Shown here piece by piece: positions 53,084 to 62,556 of a stretch of DNA of 64,000 bases. Origin of the DNA: Patescibacteria group bacterium (GTDB taxonomy: Bacteria > Patescibacteriota > Microgenomatia > Levybacterales > UBA12049); contig JBBTXS010000004.1 in assembly GCA_038062115.1 (NCBI GenBank), forward strand, positions 5,009 to 69,008, written 5' to 3'. The notes beneath the pieces are model-generated. The model was not told where the DNA came from. It was given only the letters and a program-made list of their open reading frames with translations, and searched no databases. The translations under genes and the position numbers were made by a program. The stretch's first letter is position 1. The number at the start of each line of letters is the position of its first letter.

Positions 53084-54094
53084 ATGAAAAAATATCCATC
53101 TATTTCTATAGTTACGCCAACTTGGAATTCGCCGCTTCCTCTTTTTGAGCGGGTTTTAAGAACCTTAAAAAATCAAGAATACCCAAAAAACTTGCTAGAA
53201 CACATTGTTATAGATGCAGGATCAGTAAACAACACTATAGAATTAGCGAAGAAGTATGGATGTGATATAACCGTACGTAGCGATCTAAAAATTCAAGAAC
53301 AAGTTCGCGCAAGTCTTGGAATAAAAAAAGCAAAGAATGATATTATATTAATGCTTCAGTCGGATAACATTCCAACATCAAAAAATTGGCTTAAGGAAAT
53401 GGTACAGCCATTTATAGACAATAAAAAAGTTTTTTGCACATTCAGCGCTTACAATGATTATGAAAAAAACATGTCAATAACTACTCGTTATGGGGCGTTT
53501 TTTGGCGCTGGAGATCCAACTCTGTATTATTTAGGTAAATCAGAAAAAATTCCACTTCTGCAAAAAAGATACAATAAGGGGAATATAATTGACGAAACAT
53601 TGGCTTACTGGCTTGTTAGGTTTACAAAAAATACTTTGCCAACATTGGGAGACAATGGGCATATGTTTCTAAGGAGTGCTATGAATAAGGTAAATAAGGA
53701 CCCAAACTTATATGTTCATCTGGACGCATTTGTTGACATGCTAAATCAAGGATATGATACTTGTGGAGTTATAAAGAACTCAGTTATTCATGTTATAACA
53801 CCAAGTATTTTTACTTATGCAAAAAGAAGAGTCCAAGTTAAGCAAACATTTTATGATGGAAGACGGGGAAAGAGAAAATATCTTGTTTTTAGTTGGCGGT
53901 CTGGAAAGGATGTATTGAATCTCATAAAATTTACAATTTTTTCATTAACTTTTATTTTTCCGCTATATGAAAGTATTAAAGGGTATATAAGAATTAGAGA
54001 TAAGGCATGGTTTTTGCATCCGATAATTTGTTTTTTGATAATACTTTCGTATGGACAATCAGAAATTGTGTGGTTTTTTAGAAAGAGATCTTAG
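53084..54094 (+). CDS. Family 2 glycosyltransferase
   Basis: 336 aa. ISIVTPTWNSPLPLFERVLRTLKNQEYP...HIVIDAGSVNNT. Confidence 0.7.
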   Translation: MKKYPSISIVTPTWNSPLPLFERVLRTLKNQEYPKNLLEHIVIDAGSVNNTIELAKKYGCDITVRSDLKIQEQVRASLGIKKAKNDIILMLQSDNIPTSKNWLKEMVQPFIDNKKVFCTFSAYNDYEKNMSITTRYGAFFGAGDPTLYYLGKSEKIPLLQKRYNKGNIIDETLAYWLVRFTKNTLPTLGDNGHMFLRSAMNKVNKDPNLYVHLDAFVDMLNQGYDTCGVIKNSVIHVITPSIFTYAKRRVQVKQTFYDGRRGKRKYLVFSWRSGKDVLNLIKFTIFSLTFIFPLYESIKGYIRIRDKAWFLHPIICFLIILSYGQSEIVWFFRKRS

Positions 54095-54888
54095 AATGTT
54101 TTCTTCTGCCCAATAAATATGACGGATGGACTAAAAAAGTCAGTTTCAAATCCTTTACTTCCAAATAGTAATCTAAACATAGGATTTAAGACGTAATCCA
54201 AACTACAGATGCCTTTTAACAAATAATATTTTAAATTTTTTTTATCCATAGGAAGTCTTAATTTGAATGTTCCATAATTTCCGCAATATATTTTTTTAAC
54301 GTTAGACCTATTGCATAACTTTTCTAATACATCCTCATTCATAATATCAAGATTGTGGTTTTTTAATAGGTCAGGTCTGAAGAATCTAAGCCTTAGAAAA
54401 TTAAATCCTCTGAATCGCGGAATTTGAATTATAAAGTACCCTCCGGGTTTTGTTAAATCCAAATGCAGCTTAATTGCTTTTTCCGGTGGAATTATATGCT
54501 CTACGAATCCATAGGAAAAAACTGCGTCAAAGTGATTTTTAAATTTATTAAGTACTTTTTTATCAAAAGCATCACTCACAAAGACATCTACGCCATTCTT
54601 CCTAGAAATTTTTGCAGCTTCTTTTGAGTATTCTATTCCATAAGGTTTGTATCCAAGCAAGTCAGCTATTTTCTTCACTAACTTTCCGTTTCCACTACCT
54701 ATTTCACAAATAGTGGGTTGAGCTTTTAATTGTTTAGTATATTTTGGTATATATTTTTCCAATATTGAATCGCAAAGAAAAATATCGTAAGAAGTAAATA
54801 TTCCAGCCTTTAGTTTTACCTGAAGAGGGATGTTCTCGTTGTAATAGTTTTCCCAATCTTGTAGTTTATGCAGATTTTTAACTTTCAC
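54091..54888 (-). CDS. Class I SAM-dependent methyltransferase
   Basis: 265 aa with a GTG start. ICEIGSGNGKLVKKIADLLGYKPYGIEYS (motif I). Convergent 4-nt overlap with the GT2. Confidence 0.7.
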   Translation of the reverse strand: MKVKNLHKLQDWENYYNENIPLQVKLKAGIFTSYDIFLCDSILEKYIPKYTKQLKAQPTICEIGSGNGKLVKKIADLLGYKPYGIEYSKEAAKISRKNGVDVFVSDAFDKKVLNKFKNHFDAVFSYGFVEHIIPPEKAIKLHLDLTKPGGYFIIQIPRFRGFNFLRLRFFRPDLLKNHNLDIMNEDVLEKLCNRSNVKKIYCGNYGTFKLRLPMDKKNLKYYLLKGICSLDYVLNPMFRLLFGSKGFETDFFSPSVIFIGQKKTF

Positions 54889-54993
54889 ATATCGATTCTA
54901 ATAAAAAATTACCCATATGGCAATATGTAGTAATATGACACATTTCCAAAGTTTTATAATATTCAGTAAGATATATATAGTTGTTGTTTTTAT

Positions 54994-56475
54994 ATGTTAT
55001 TTAACTCAATTTCTTTTTTAATATTTTTTCCTGTTGTAATATTTCTCTACTTTCTCTTACCACACAAATTTAGTTGGGTTATTTTGCTTATTGCTAGTTG
55101 CATTTTTTATATGGCATTTATTCCTATCTATATTTTCATTTTGTTTGTTTTAATAATCATTGATTATATTGCGGGAATTAAAATACAACAATCCAAGGGT
55201 AAATTGAGAAAAGCGTATCTATTGTTGAGTATTTTTTCTACTATTGCATTCTTATTTATTTTTAAATATTTTAATTTTTTCAATGCTAATTTTGAAGTAA
55301 TCGCACATTTTTTACATCTCAATTACCCTCTTCCCGTATTAGAACTTATCTTGCCGATTGGATTATCATTCCATACGTTTCAGAGCCTAAGTTATGTGAT
55401 AGAAGTCTATAAAAGAAAGCAAAAAGCGGAACGCCATTTCGGTATATATGCATTGTATGTTATGTTTTATCCACAGCTTGTTTCTGGGCCAATTGAGCGT
55501 CCACAACATCTATTGCCTCAATTACATAAACATCATATATTCTCAAATGCTGATACAACAGAAGGATTAAAACGAATGATTTTTGGTTTTTTTAAAAAAA
55601 TAGTTATTGCCGATAGGTTATCGCTTGTTGTTAACCAGGTGTATGCAAGTCCTCAGGATTACACGGGTATACCCCTTATTATTGCAACCGTTGCGTTTGC
55701 TTTCCAAATATATTGCGATTTCTCTGGCTACAGCGATATTGCTATTGGATCTGCTCGCGTGATGGGAATTACTCTGGTAGAAAACTTTAACTATCCATAT
55801 GTTGCATCTTCAATACCGGAGTTTTGGCGTCGTTGGCATATGTCTCTCTATTCCTGGTTTCGTGATTATATTTATATTCCATTAGGTGGCAACCGAGGCA
55901 ATTCCATTTTCCATTTTAGAAATATCCTTATAGTTTTTACGATAAGTGGATTATGGCATGGTGCACAATGGACATATGTTTTATGGGGGTTTTTACATGG
56001 TTTATATATGGTAATCTCTACGATTCTGAAAGGATATTTAGTGACTTTTAAGAATCTTTTTAAAACTAAGAATTTACAATCTTTCTGGCGTATGCTTTGT
56101 GTTGCTGCGACATTTTTTCTTGTTTGTGTTGCATGGGTATTCTTTCGAGCGAGTACCATAACTGATGCATGGTATATCTTGACACATGGGTTTATTGATT
56201 TAGAAAAAGTATCGCTGGCTATTTTTATAAATGACACCTTGACTCTTGATAAGTTAATTTTTGGTCAAGGAAAAGGTTTGGGGCTACTTCCAGAAGAGCT
56301 TTTGATCGCCGTAGTAAGCATAGGCGCAATGGGAATATATGAATGGATGCATGTAACAAAAAAAATAACGATGATTCCACAAGTAATACGATATGCAATT
56401 TACATCTTACTTATTCTAGCAATACTAAATCTTGGCATAACAAAAAAAATCCCTTTTGTATATTTTCAATTTTAA
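54994..56475 (+). CDS. MBOAT-family membrane O-acyltransferase (AlgI/DltB/PatA-like)
   Basis: 493 aa. FHTFQSLSYVIEVY, WRRWHMSLYSWFRDYIYIPLGGNRG and SGLWHGAQWTYVLWG (conserved His). Confidence 0.85.
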   Translation: MLFNSISFLIFFPVVIFLYFLLPHKFSWVILLIASCIFYMAFIPIYIFILFVLIIIDYIAGIKIQQSKGKLRKAYLLLSIFSTIAFLFIFKYFNFFNANFEVIAHFLHLNYPLPVLELILPIGLSFHTFQSLSYVIEVYKRKQKAERHFGIYALYVMFYPQLVSGPIERPQHLLPQLHKHHIFSNADTTEGLKRMIFGFFKKIVIADRLSLVVNQVYASPQDYTGIPLIIATVAFAFQIYCDFSGYSDIAIGSARVMGITLVENFNYPYVASSIPEFWRRWHMSLYSWFRDYIYIPLGGNRGNSIFHFRNILIVFTISGLWHGAQWTYVLWGFLHGLYMVISTILKGYLVTFKNLFKTKNLQSFWRMLCVAATFFLVCVAWVFFRASTITDAWYILTHGFIDLEKVSLAIFINDTLTLDKLIFGQGKGLGLLPEELLIAVVSIGAMGIYEWMHVTKKITMIPQVIRYAIYILLILAILNLGITKKIPFVYFQF

Positions 56476-56486
56476 TTTATGAATTT

Positions 56487-57518
56487 ATGAAGTATTTTTT
56501 TATTAAGTTGTGCGTATTCTTATTTATTATTTATCTGTGCCAATTGCTTATTTCGAATGTGTTTCCTGCCAAAATTCCAACAACCGCAATAAACTTCAAT
56601 CTCGCTAAGAAACAGGGGAAAATAGATATTGTTTATTTCGTAGACAGTGTCAATGACACAGTAGATAAATCAGACAAGGATGGTAGTGCGATTAGTACGT
56701 TTTTGGAACATTTGTTAGTTCGTAAAAGAATTGGGCTGCTTGGACAGCCTGCATCTCAACCGGATGTTTACGCAGCATATGCAGCATATGTTTCCCGTCT
56801 TAAGCTACTCCCAGATTATCTCATTATTGCAATCAATATGCGTGCTTTCGGTTCTATATGGGATAAAGAGTCTTCGTATCAATTTGAAGAGCAAAAACTT
56901 TTTTTTAATACATTTGCAGGTACACTGCTCATGCCTTTTTGGCCATTTTTTTCCAATAGTGGATTTTTGAATCTAGAGCCGATTTCCAATCAATCAGATT
57001 TAGACCCTATTTCTAATAAAGTTAAAAATATATCTTTTAAGGCATTACGTAAAATTGGTTTTATAAGCGATCCAAAAAATAAAAGTAACGATGATTACAA
57101 TACTTATTCAGAAGATCGTATACGGAACTTAATTCATGCTAATTATATGTATAATTTGACAAAAGATCACAGAAAGGTACAGTCACTTCTTCAAATCGTT
57201 AACACCTTTGAATCTAAAAAAACGAAGCTTATTTTTTATTTTACCCCAATTGATTACAAATTAAAAAAAGCCTACATGGGTAATGACTTCGAAGCTCATC
57301 TGAAGAAAAATATAAATCTCGTTAAATCACTACTTATAAAAAAACACGTAGCTGTATTAGATCTATCGATGAGTCTTCTTACGGAAACATTTACTTCGCT
57401 TTCCATAACAAGTCCAGATGTAAATATAGAGAATTTTTATAATAATGAGCATTTGACAGAGCAGGGAAGACGATTTGTCGCACAATCCCTAGCAATTGAG
57501 ATACAGAAAGAAAATTAA
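56487..57518 (+). CDS. Membrane-anchored partner of the MBOAT (AlgX/AlgJ/DltD-like role inferred)
   Basis: The in-frame ATG 56487 (MKYFFIKLCVFLF) follows the MBOAT stop. One N-terminal TM helix plus a soluble domain. The call rests on gene order only. Confidence 0.35.
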   Translation: MKYFFIKLCVFLFIIYLCQLLISNVFPAKIPTTAINFNLAKKQGKIDIVYFVDSVNDTVDKSDKDGSAISTFLEHLLVRKRIGLLGQPASQPDVYAAYAAYVSRLKLLPDYLIIAINMRAFGSIWDKESSYQFEEQKLFFNTFAGTLLMPFWPFFSNSGFLNLEPISNQSDLDPISNKVKNISFKALRKIGFISDPKNKSNDDYNTYSEDRIRNLIHANYMYNLTKDHRKVQSLLQIVNTFESKKTKLIFYFTPIDYKLKKAYMGNDFEAHLKKNINLVKSLLIKKHVAVLDLSMSLLTETFTSLSITSPDVNIENFYNNEHLTEQGRRFVAQSLAIEIQKEN

Positions 57519-57560
57519 AGAAGAGATGCCTAATCAACGCTTTTTTCTTCGTATAATTAA

Positions 57561-57589
57561 TTGTCTTCTCAGCATGTAAGTGATATACT
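57561..57589 (+). promoter_or_regulatory. Sigma70-type promoter candidate TTGTCT-17 nt-TATACT
   Basis: ttgtct (57561-57566), a 17-nt spacer, then tatact (57584-57589), in the 190-bp gap upstream of the epimerase/heptose operon. Confidence 0.4.
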
Positions 57590-57606
57590 CATTTTCGTAA
57601 TTTAAA

Positions 57607-57717
57607 ATGAAAAATGCACAAGAAAAAAAATAGTAGTGACAGGAGGAGCAGGATTTATCCAGCACCAGCCTTATAGTTTGGTTTTAAAACAAAAATTAAT
57701 ATTAAAGTATGGATAAA
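57607..57717 (+). pseudogene. Remnant of an SDR epimerase 5' end (first ~18 codons), frameshifted in an A8 run
   Basis: atgaaaaatgcacaagaaaaaaaaTAG. Shifting by one nt reads ...KKIVVTGGAGFI, followed by unrelated sequence. It parallels MDKRRKKILVTGGAGFIG of the intact gene 100 nt downstream. Confidence 0.55.
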
Positions 57718-58650
57718 AGAAGAAAAAAAATTCTAGTTACAGGTGGTGCTGGATTTATTGGCTCGCATATTACAGAGCTTCTTTGCGACAAAGGATATAC
57801 GGTTGCTGTTGTTGACGATTTGCGTTTTGGCTATAGATCCTTTGTAGATAAACGCGCCAAGTTTTTTCGGATTGCCATTGAAGATTCAGAAGCTATAGAA
57901 AAGGCACTTGCGGGAGTAGATGTTGTAATGCACCTTGCCTCATCAAGCATTATTACTTTCTCCTATGAGCACCCGATTGAATACTTTGAAAATAACCTTC
58001 TCAATGGCATAAAACTGCTTGAGGCAATGAGAAAAAAGGGTGTTGGGAAAATAATTTATTCCTCAACTTCATCTGTCTATGGAGAACCCAAAAAAGTTCC
58101 AATTAAAGAAGATAATCCTACAAATCCATTGAATGCATACGCTGCATCTAAACTTGCTTTTGAACAGGCATTAATTTCTTATTACCATTCATTTGGCATA
58201 GAAAGCGTTTCATTACGTTACTATAATGCTTATGGCCCAAGGGATGAGCAAAAGCCAAGAACTCGTGCTGTACCTATGTGGATTGAGGCTATTCTAGAAA
58301 ATAAACCCATTCCGTGGCATTGGCAGGGAAGACAAGTTAGAGATTATATATACGTCAAAGATGTAGCTCAGGCACATTTTGATGTCCTAAATCTTAAAGG
58401 AATTTACTGTTTTAATATTGGTTCAGGTAAAGGAGTTGTGATGAAAGACGTATTGAAAACACTTGAAAAGATTGTAGGAAGAAAACTCAAGACGCAAGAT
58501 TTAGGAGAAAGAAAAGGAGATCCAATGAAATCTTTTGCTGATATTTCAAAAATTAAAACAGCTGTGGGTTGGATTCCCAAAGTAACGCTAGAGGATGGAT
58601 TAAGGGAAACATTTGAATATTACAAAAATAAGAAACATGAAAACGATTAA
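57709..58650 (+). CDS. NAD-dependent sugar-nucleotide 4-epimerase (GalE-like SDR)
   Basis: 313 aa. ILVTGGAGFIGSH, SSTSSVYG, YAASKLAFE (YxxxK) and LRYYNAYGP. Confidence 0.7.
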   Translation: MDKRRKKILVTGGAGFIGSHITELLCDKGYTVAVVDDLRFGYRSFVDKRAKFFRIAIEDSEAIEKALAGVDVVMHLASSSIITFSYEHPIEYFENNLLNGIKLLEAMRKKGVGKIIYSSTSSVYGEPKKVPIKEDNPTNPLNAYAASKLAFEQALISYYHSFGIESVSLRYYNAYGPRDEQKPRTRAVPMWIEAILENKPIPWHWQGRQVRDYIYVKDVAQAHFDVLNLKGIYCFNIGSGKGVVMKDVLKTLEKIVGRKLKTQDLGERKGDPMKSFADISKIKTAVGWIPKVTLEDGLRETFEYYKNKKHEND

Positions 58651-59818
58651 ACAGGCAGTTATTCTAGCAGGAGGAAAAGGAGTAAGGCTTAGACCTCTTA
58701 CGTTAAAAACTCCAAAACCGATGATCAAAATTCACGGAAAGCCTTTTTTGGAATATATAATTGAACTTCTTAAAAACAATAGAATTGAAAAAGTTTTGAT
58801 ACTAACTGGATATTTACACGAGCAAATAGAAAATTATTTTAGAGACGGAAGAGAATTTGGTTTATCAATTTCTTATTTGTATAGTCCGATTGAAGACGAC
58901 ACTGGGACAAGGGTTCAAAAAGCGAAAGATTTGATTGAAGGTACATTCCTCCTTTTATATTCAGATAATTATTGGCCGCTTAGATTGGGCAAACTATATT
59001 CATTTTATAAAAAAAAGAAGAAGGAAGCATTAGTTACAGTATATTCAAATTTAGATAATTATACAAAAAACAATATCCTTGTTAGCGATAAAGGATTCGT
59101 TGAGGTTTACGATGAAAGCAGACAAGCACCAGGACTAAATGGTGTAGATATAGGATTTTTTATTTTGAATAAAGACATTTTGAAAAATCTTCCAAAAGAA
59201 AATTTCTCGTTTGAAAAAATAGTAATCCCAGAGTTAATTGCAAAAAAAGAGCTCGCCGGATTTTTGACTCATCATAAGTATTATGGATTAAGTAATCCCG
59301 AGCGCATTCCTGCTATTGAGGATTTTTTTATTCCTAAGAAAGTGGTGTTTTTAGACAGAGACGGTGTTATCAATAAGCGGCCGCCAAAAGCAAAATATAT
59401 TACATCATGGGACGAGTTTGAATTTTTACCAAAAGTAAAAGATGCGTTAAGGTTGTTGAAGAAAAAAGCATATATAATTTTTATTGCTACAAACCAGCCT
59501 GGAATTGCCAGGAAAATGCTTACAGAAAATCAGTTAAACAATATTCACAAAAAATTAATAAAAGAGTTAGAAAAAATAGAAGTTGAAATAAAAGATATAT
59601 TTGTTTGTATGCACGGATGGGATGAGGGATGTTTTTGCAGGAAACCGAAGCCGGGCATATTCTTTGAGGCTGCAGCAAAATACAATATCAACTTATTCAA
59701 GAGTTATTACATTGGAGATGATACCCGTGATATTATTGCTGGCAATATGGCAGGGTGTAAAACATTCTTAGCTAACTCAAGGAATAGCCTATACTCAATA
59801 GTTAGTAAATATTTATGA
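58637..59818 (+). CDS. Bifunctional heptose-1-phosphate nucleotidyltransferase (HddC-like) / D,D-heptose-1,7-bisphosphate phosphatase (GmhB-like) fusion
   Basis: N-terminal KQAVILAGGKGVRLRPLTLKTPKPMIKIHGKPFLEYII (nucleotidyltransferase). C-terminal VVFLDRDGVINK...IATNQPGIARK...VCMHGWDEGCFCRKPKPGIF...IGDDTRDIIAG (HAD GmhB motifs). Start ATG 58637 is preferred over 58613. Confidence 0.75.
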   Translation: MKTIKQAVILAGGKGVRLRPLTLKTPKPMIKIHGKPFLEYIIELLKNNRIEKVLILTGYLHEQIENYFRDGREFGLSISYLYSPIEDDTGTRVQKAKDLIEGTFLLLYSDNYWPLRLGKLYSFYKKKKKEALVTVYSNLDNYTKNNILVSDKGFVEVYDESRQAPGLNGVDIGFFILNKDILKNLPKENFSFEKIVIPELIAKKELAGFLTHHKYYGLSNPERIPAIEDFFIPKKVVFLDRDGVINKRPPKAKYITSWDEFEFLPKVKDALRLLKKKAYIIFIATNQPGIARKMLTENQLNNIHKKLIKELEKIEVEIKDIFVCMHGWDEGCFCRKPKPGIFFEAAAKYNINLFKSYYIGDDTRDIIAGNMAGCKTFLANSRNSLYSIVSKYL

Positions 59819-60795
59819 TTATTTCAAGAACGCCGCTTAGAATTAGTTTTGTTGGCGGAGGAAGCGATATTGCTTCTTTCTATCGTAATACTCCCGGCGC
59901 TGTTGTTTCAACTGCAATTAATAAATATATCTATATTGCGGTAAACAAGCAGTTTGATGGAAGAATAGTCCTTTATTATTCAAAAACGGAAATTGTTAAG
60001 AAACTTACCGATATTGAAAACAACTTAATTAGAGAGGCGCTTCGATTAACAGGTATTGAAGGAGGAATTCATATTACATCAATTGCCGATATTCCCTCTG
60101 AGGGTACAGGAATGGGTTCTTCGAGCTCTTATATTGTAGGACTTCTAAACGCATTGTATGCGTATCAAGGTAAGCATGTAAATGCTGAAAAGTTAGCAAG
60201 AGAAGCATGCCAAATTGAAATAGATATATTAAAAAAACCTATTGGGAAACAAGATCAATACATTGCAGCATACGGTGGATTTCAGTACGTCAAGTTTAAT
60301 TCCGATGATTCTGTTTATGTTGATCCAATTGTTTGTAAAATAGAAACAAAAAAAATGCTTGAAAAAAGATTATTGCTTTTTTATACTGGAATCACGCGAT
60401 CATCAGCTCCAATTCTGGCAAAACAGACAAAAAATATGGCAACACAAACTGGGAAAAGAAAATTTATGATTAATATGGTACATCTGGCAAAAGAAATGCA
60501 CAACGCGTTAAATAAAAATAAGCTTGATAATTTTGGTAAAATACTTCATGAGAATTGGCTTTTGAAAAAGCAAATGGCGGAAGGAATAACAAATTCACAA
60601 GTTGATAAATGGTATAAAGCTGCATTAAAAAATGGGGCAACCGGAGGAAAGCTTTTGGGAGCGGGTGGGGGAGGTTTTCTTCTTTTTTATGCGCCTGAGG
60701 AGAAACATGAAAAAATTAAAAATAGCTTGTCTAATCTTACCTATCAAAAATTTACATTCGAGCCGCAAGGAAGCAAAATTATTTTTGTTGATTAA
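59815..60795 (+). CDS. hddA: GHMP kinase, D-glycero-D-manno-heptose-7-phosphate kinase-like
   Basis: 326 aa. ISRTPLRISFVGGGSDIASFY, PSEGTGMGSSSSY and GGKLLGAGGGGFLLFY. ATGA overlap. Confidence 0.7.
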   Translation: MIISRTPLRISFVGGGSDIASFYRNTPGAVVSTAINKYIYIAVNKQFDGRIVLYYSKTEIVKKLTDIENNLIREALRLTGIEGGIHITSIADIPSEGTGMGSSSSYIVGLLNALYAYQGKHVNAEKLAREACQIEIDILKKPIGKQDQYIAAYGGFQYVKFNSDDSVYVDPIVCKIETKKMLEKRLLLFYTGITRSSAPILAKQTKNMATQTGKRKFMINMVHLAKEMHNALNKNKLDNFGKILHENWLLKKQMAEGITNSQVDKWYKAALKNGATGGKLLGAGGGGFLLFYAPEEKHEKIKNSLSNLTYQKFTFEPQGSKIIFVD

Positions 60796-60798
60796 GTT

Positions 60799-61452
60799 AT
60801 GAAAAAAAACACACTTCTTGATCCAAAAGATTTTATAAACGAATACTTGTTTGAGTTGAAGCGTTGTCTTTCGTCTTTAGACAAAACAAAGATAGAGCTT
60901 GTCATAGACTTATTGGTTGAAACATACAAAAAAGACAGAAAAGCATTTATTTTAGGTAACGGTGGGGCCGCGACAACAGCTTCTCATATGGCTTGCGATT
61001 TAGGAAAAGGAACCCTACAGCGAGTTTATGATAATTCAGAAAAGCGCTTCAGGGTTATTTCGCTTACGGATAATGTAGCTATTATGACAGCTTTTGCGAA
61101 TGATTTAAGTTTTGATGATATTTTTGTTCAACAGTTACGCAATTTGCTTGAGACAGGAGATGTTGTTATAGCGCTTTCTGGGAGTGGAAATAGTCCAAAT
61201 ATTGTTAAGGCAATTGAATATGCTAAATCATGTGGTGCAGTAACAATTGGTATATTAGGATTTAAAATAGGGGGTAAGCTTGGAAAGATGGTCGATTACT
61301 CAATTGTAGTTGACAGTAATCATTATGGTCCAATTGAAGACATTCAACTCGTATTGAATCACATGATTGCTGCATGGATTGCAAAAGTTAAAAATATTCA
61401 TGATGGAAAGGAAGAGTTAGTGAACGAAAACAAAGCAGTGCCTTTCAAATAA
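60799..61452 (+). CDS. gmhA: SIS-domain sedoheptulose-7-phosphate isomerase
   Basis: 217 aa. ILGNGGAATTASHMACDLGKG, TDNVAIMTAFANDLSFDDIF and VVIALSGSGNSPNIVKAIEYAK. Confidence 0.75.
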   Translation: MKKNTLLDPKDFINEYLFELKRCLSSLDKTKIELVIDLLVETYKKDRKAFILGNGGAATTASHMACDLGKGTLQRVYDNSEKRFRVISLTDNVAIMTAFANDLSFDDIFVQQLRNLLETGDVVIALSGSGNSPNIVKAIEYAKSCGAVTIGILGFKIGGKLGKMVDYSIVVDSNHYGPIEDIQLVLNHMIAAWIAKVKNIHDGKEELVNENKAVPFK

Positions 61453-61476
61453 ATCTAATGAAAGCAAAATAGCTAC

Positions 61477-62556
61477 ATGCAAAAAAGACCTTTTTTTTCA
61501 ATCGTAGTTCCAACGTATAATAGAGCATCAGATTTACAATTTGCCCTATATTGCATTTTTCAACAGAGCTTTTCGGATTATGAAGTAGTTATTTCTGATA
61601 ATTGCTCAACAGACAATACTGAAAATATTTTTAATAAGCTAAAAAACAAAAAAATACGTTACTTTAGAAATAGAAAAAATATTGGGATGATCCTAAACCA
61701 AAAAAAAGCAATAGAGTATGCAAGGGGAGAATACGTATTCCTTCATGGTGATGACGATTTTCTTTTATACGATAATTCTCTTGGAGAAGTACACGAGCAG
61801 ATTATTGGGCGTAGACCAGGATATGTTCGACTTAATTATGTTAGTTTAGCTTTTGATAGGAAACATATATTTTCCTACAAAGTTAATAAACCGTTTGAAA
61901 AAAATTACTACTTACGCCCTCATGCAAAAAGCGAAGATGTATTGTCATTTATTGTGGATTCAGACAATTATTTTTTTACGGGAATAATTTTCAGAAATGA
62001 CTTACCAAAATCTATTACTATGATCGATACAGATCCATCTCCATGGATAGATATCCTTTTTTATATGACTAAAAATTATGGTGCTTATTTTATTCCTAAA
62101 CAACATCTTGTCGCCTCTTGGTCTCGAAGAACGAAAAAAAATGAGGACCATGGTTTCTACGATCCAGTAGAAGGAAAATTAAAAGCTGAAAATTATTTTG
62201 AAATAGTTAGGGGGAAAATAAGCAAAGAAGTATATCAGAGATTTTTACATAAGGAACTTATGACAATTTATGTTAACTTATTTCCAGCGATCAAAGTAAG
62301 TGTGGGAAATAAAAAGATGCTACAGATTTCCAAAAGAATATACTCATTAGATCCGACAATAACAAAAAATATTAGTTATTGGATATATTTTATTGCGACA
62401 TTAGTTCTTCCAAGGAGTGTGCTAAGGATTGTTAAAGACATATATCTCTATTTATATATGAGGTTTTCAAAAGTAGATGACGAAAAACAGATTGTTAATA
62501 GATTAAACGAGCTGGAAAGCAAATATGCTTATGCAAGGGAGAATGTTTTAAAATGA
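61477..62556 (+). CDS. Family 2 glycosyltransferase
   Basis: 359 aa. FSIVVPTYNRASDLQFALYCIFQQSFSDYEVVISDNCSTD and LHGDDDF. Confidence 0.75.
   Translation: MQKRPFFSIVVPTYNRASDLQFALYCIFQQSFSDYEVVISDNCSTDNTENIFNKLKNKKIRYFRNRKNIGMILNQKKAIEYARGEYVFLHGDDDFLLYDNSLGEVHEQIIGRRPGYVRLNYVSLAFDRKHIFSYKVNKPFEKNYYLRPHAKSEDVLSFIVDSDNYFFTGIIFRNDLPKSITMIDTDPSPWIDILFYMTKNYGAYFIPKQHLVASWSRRTKKNEDHGFYDPVEGKLKAENYFEIVRGKISKEVYQRFLHKELMTIYVNLFPAIKVSVGNKKMLQISKRIYSLDPTITKNISYWIYFIATLVLPRSVLRIVKDIYLYLYMRFSKVDDEKQIVNRLNELESKYAYARENVLK

Noticed and set aside
59381-59395. The 8-bp GC palindrome gcggccgc inside the HddC-GmhB gene.
   Set aside because: It is a single short restriction-site-like palindrome encoding KRPP in a conserved HAD-domain context. 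It has no flanking duplication and no similarity to the 23-nt elements.
294-62556. Alternative genetic code (UGA recoding), as in some CPR lineages.
   Set aside because: TGA terminates well-defined genes exactly at ATGA start/stop junctions (294-297, 3996-3999, 28038-28041, 52556-52559, 62553-62556), and long ORFs need no read-through. The standard code fits.
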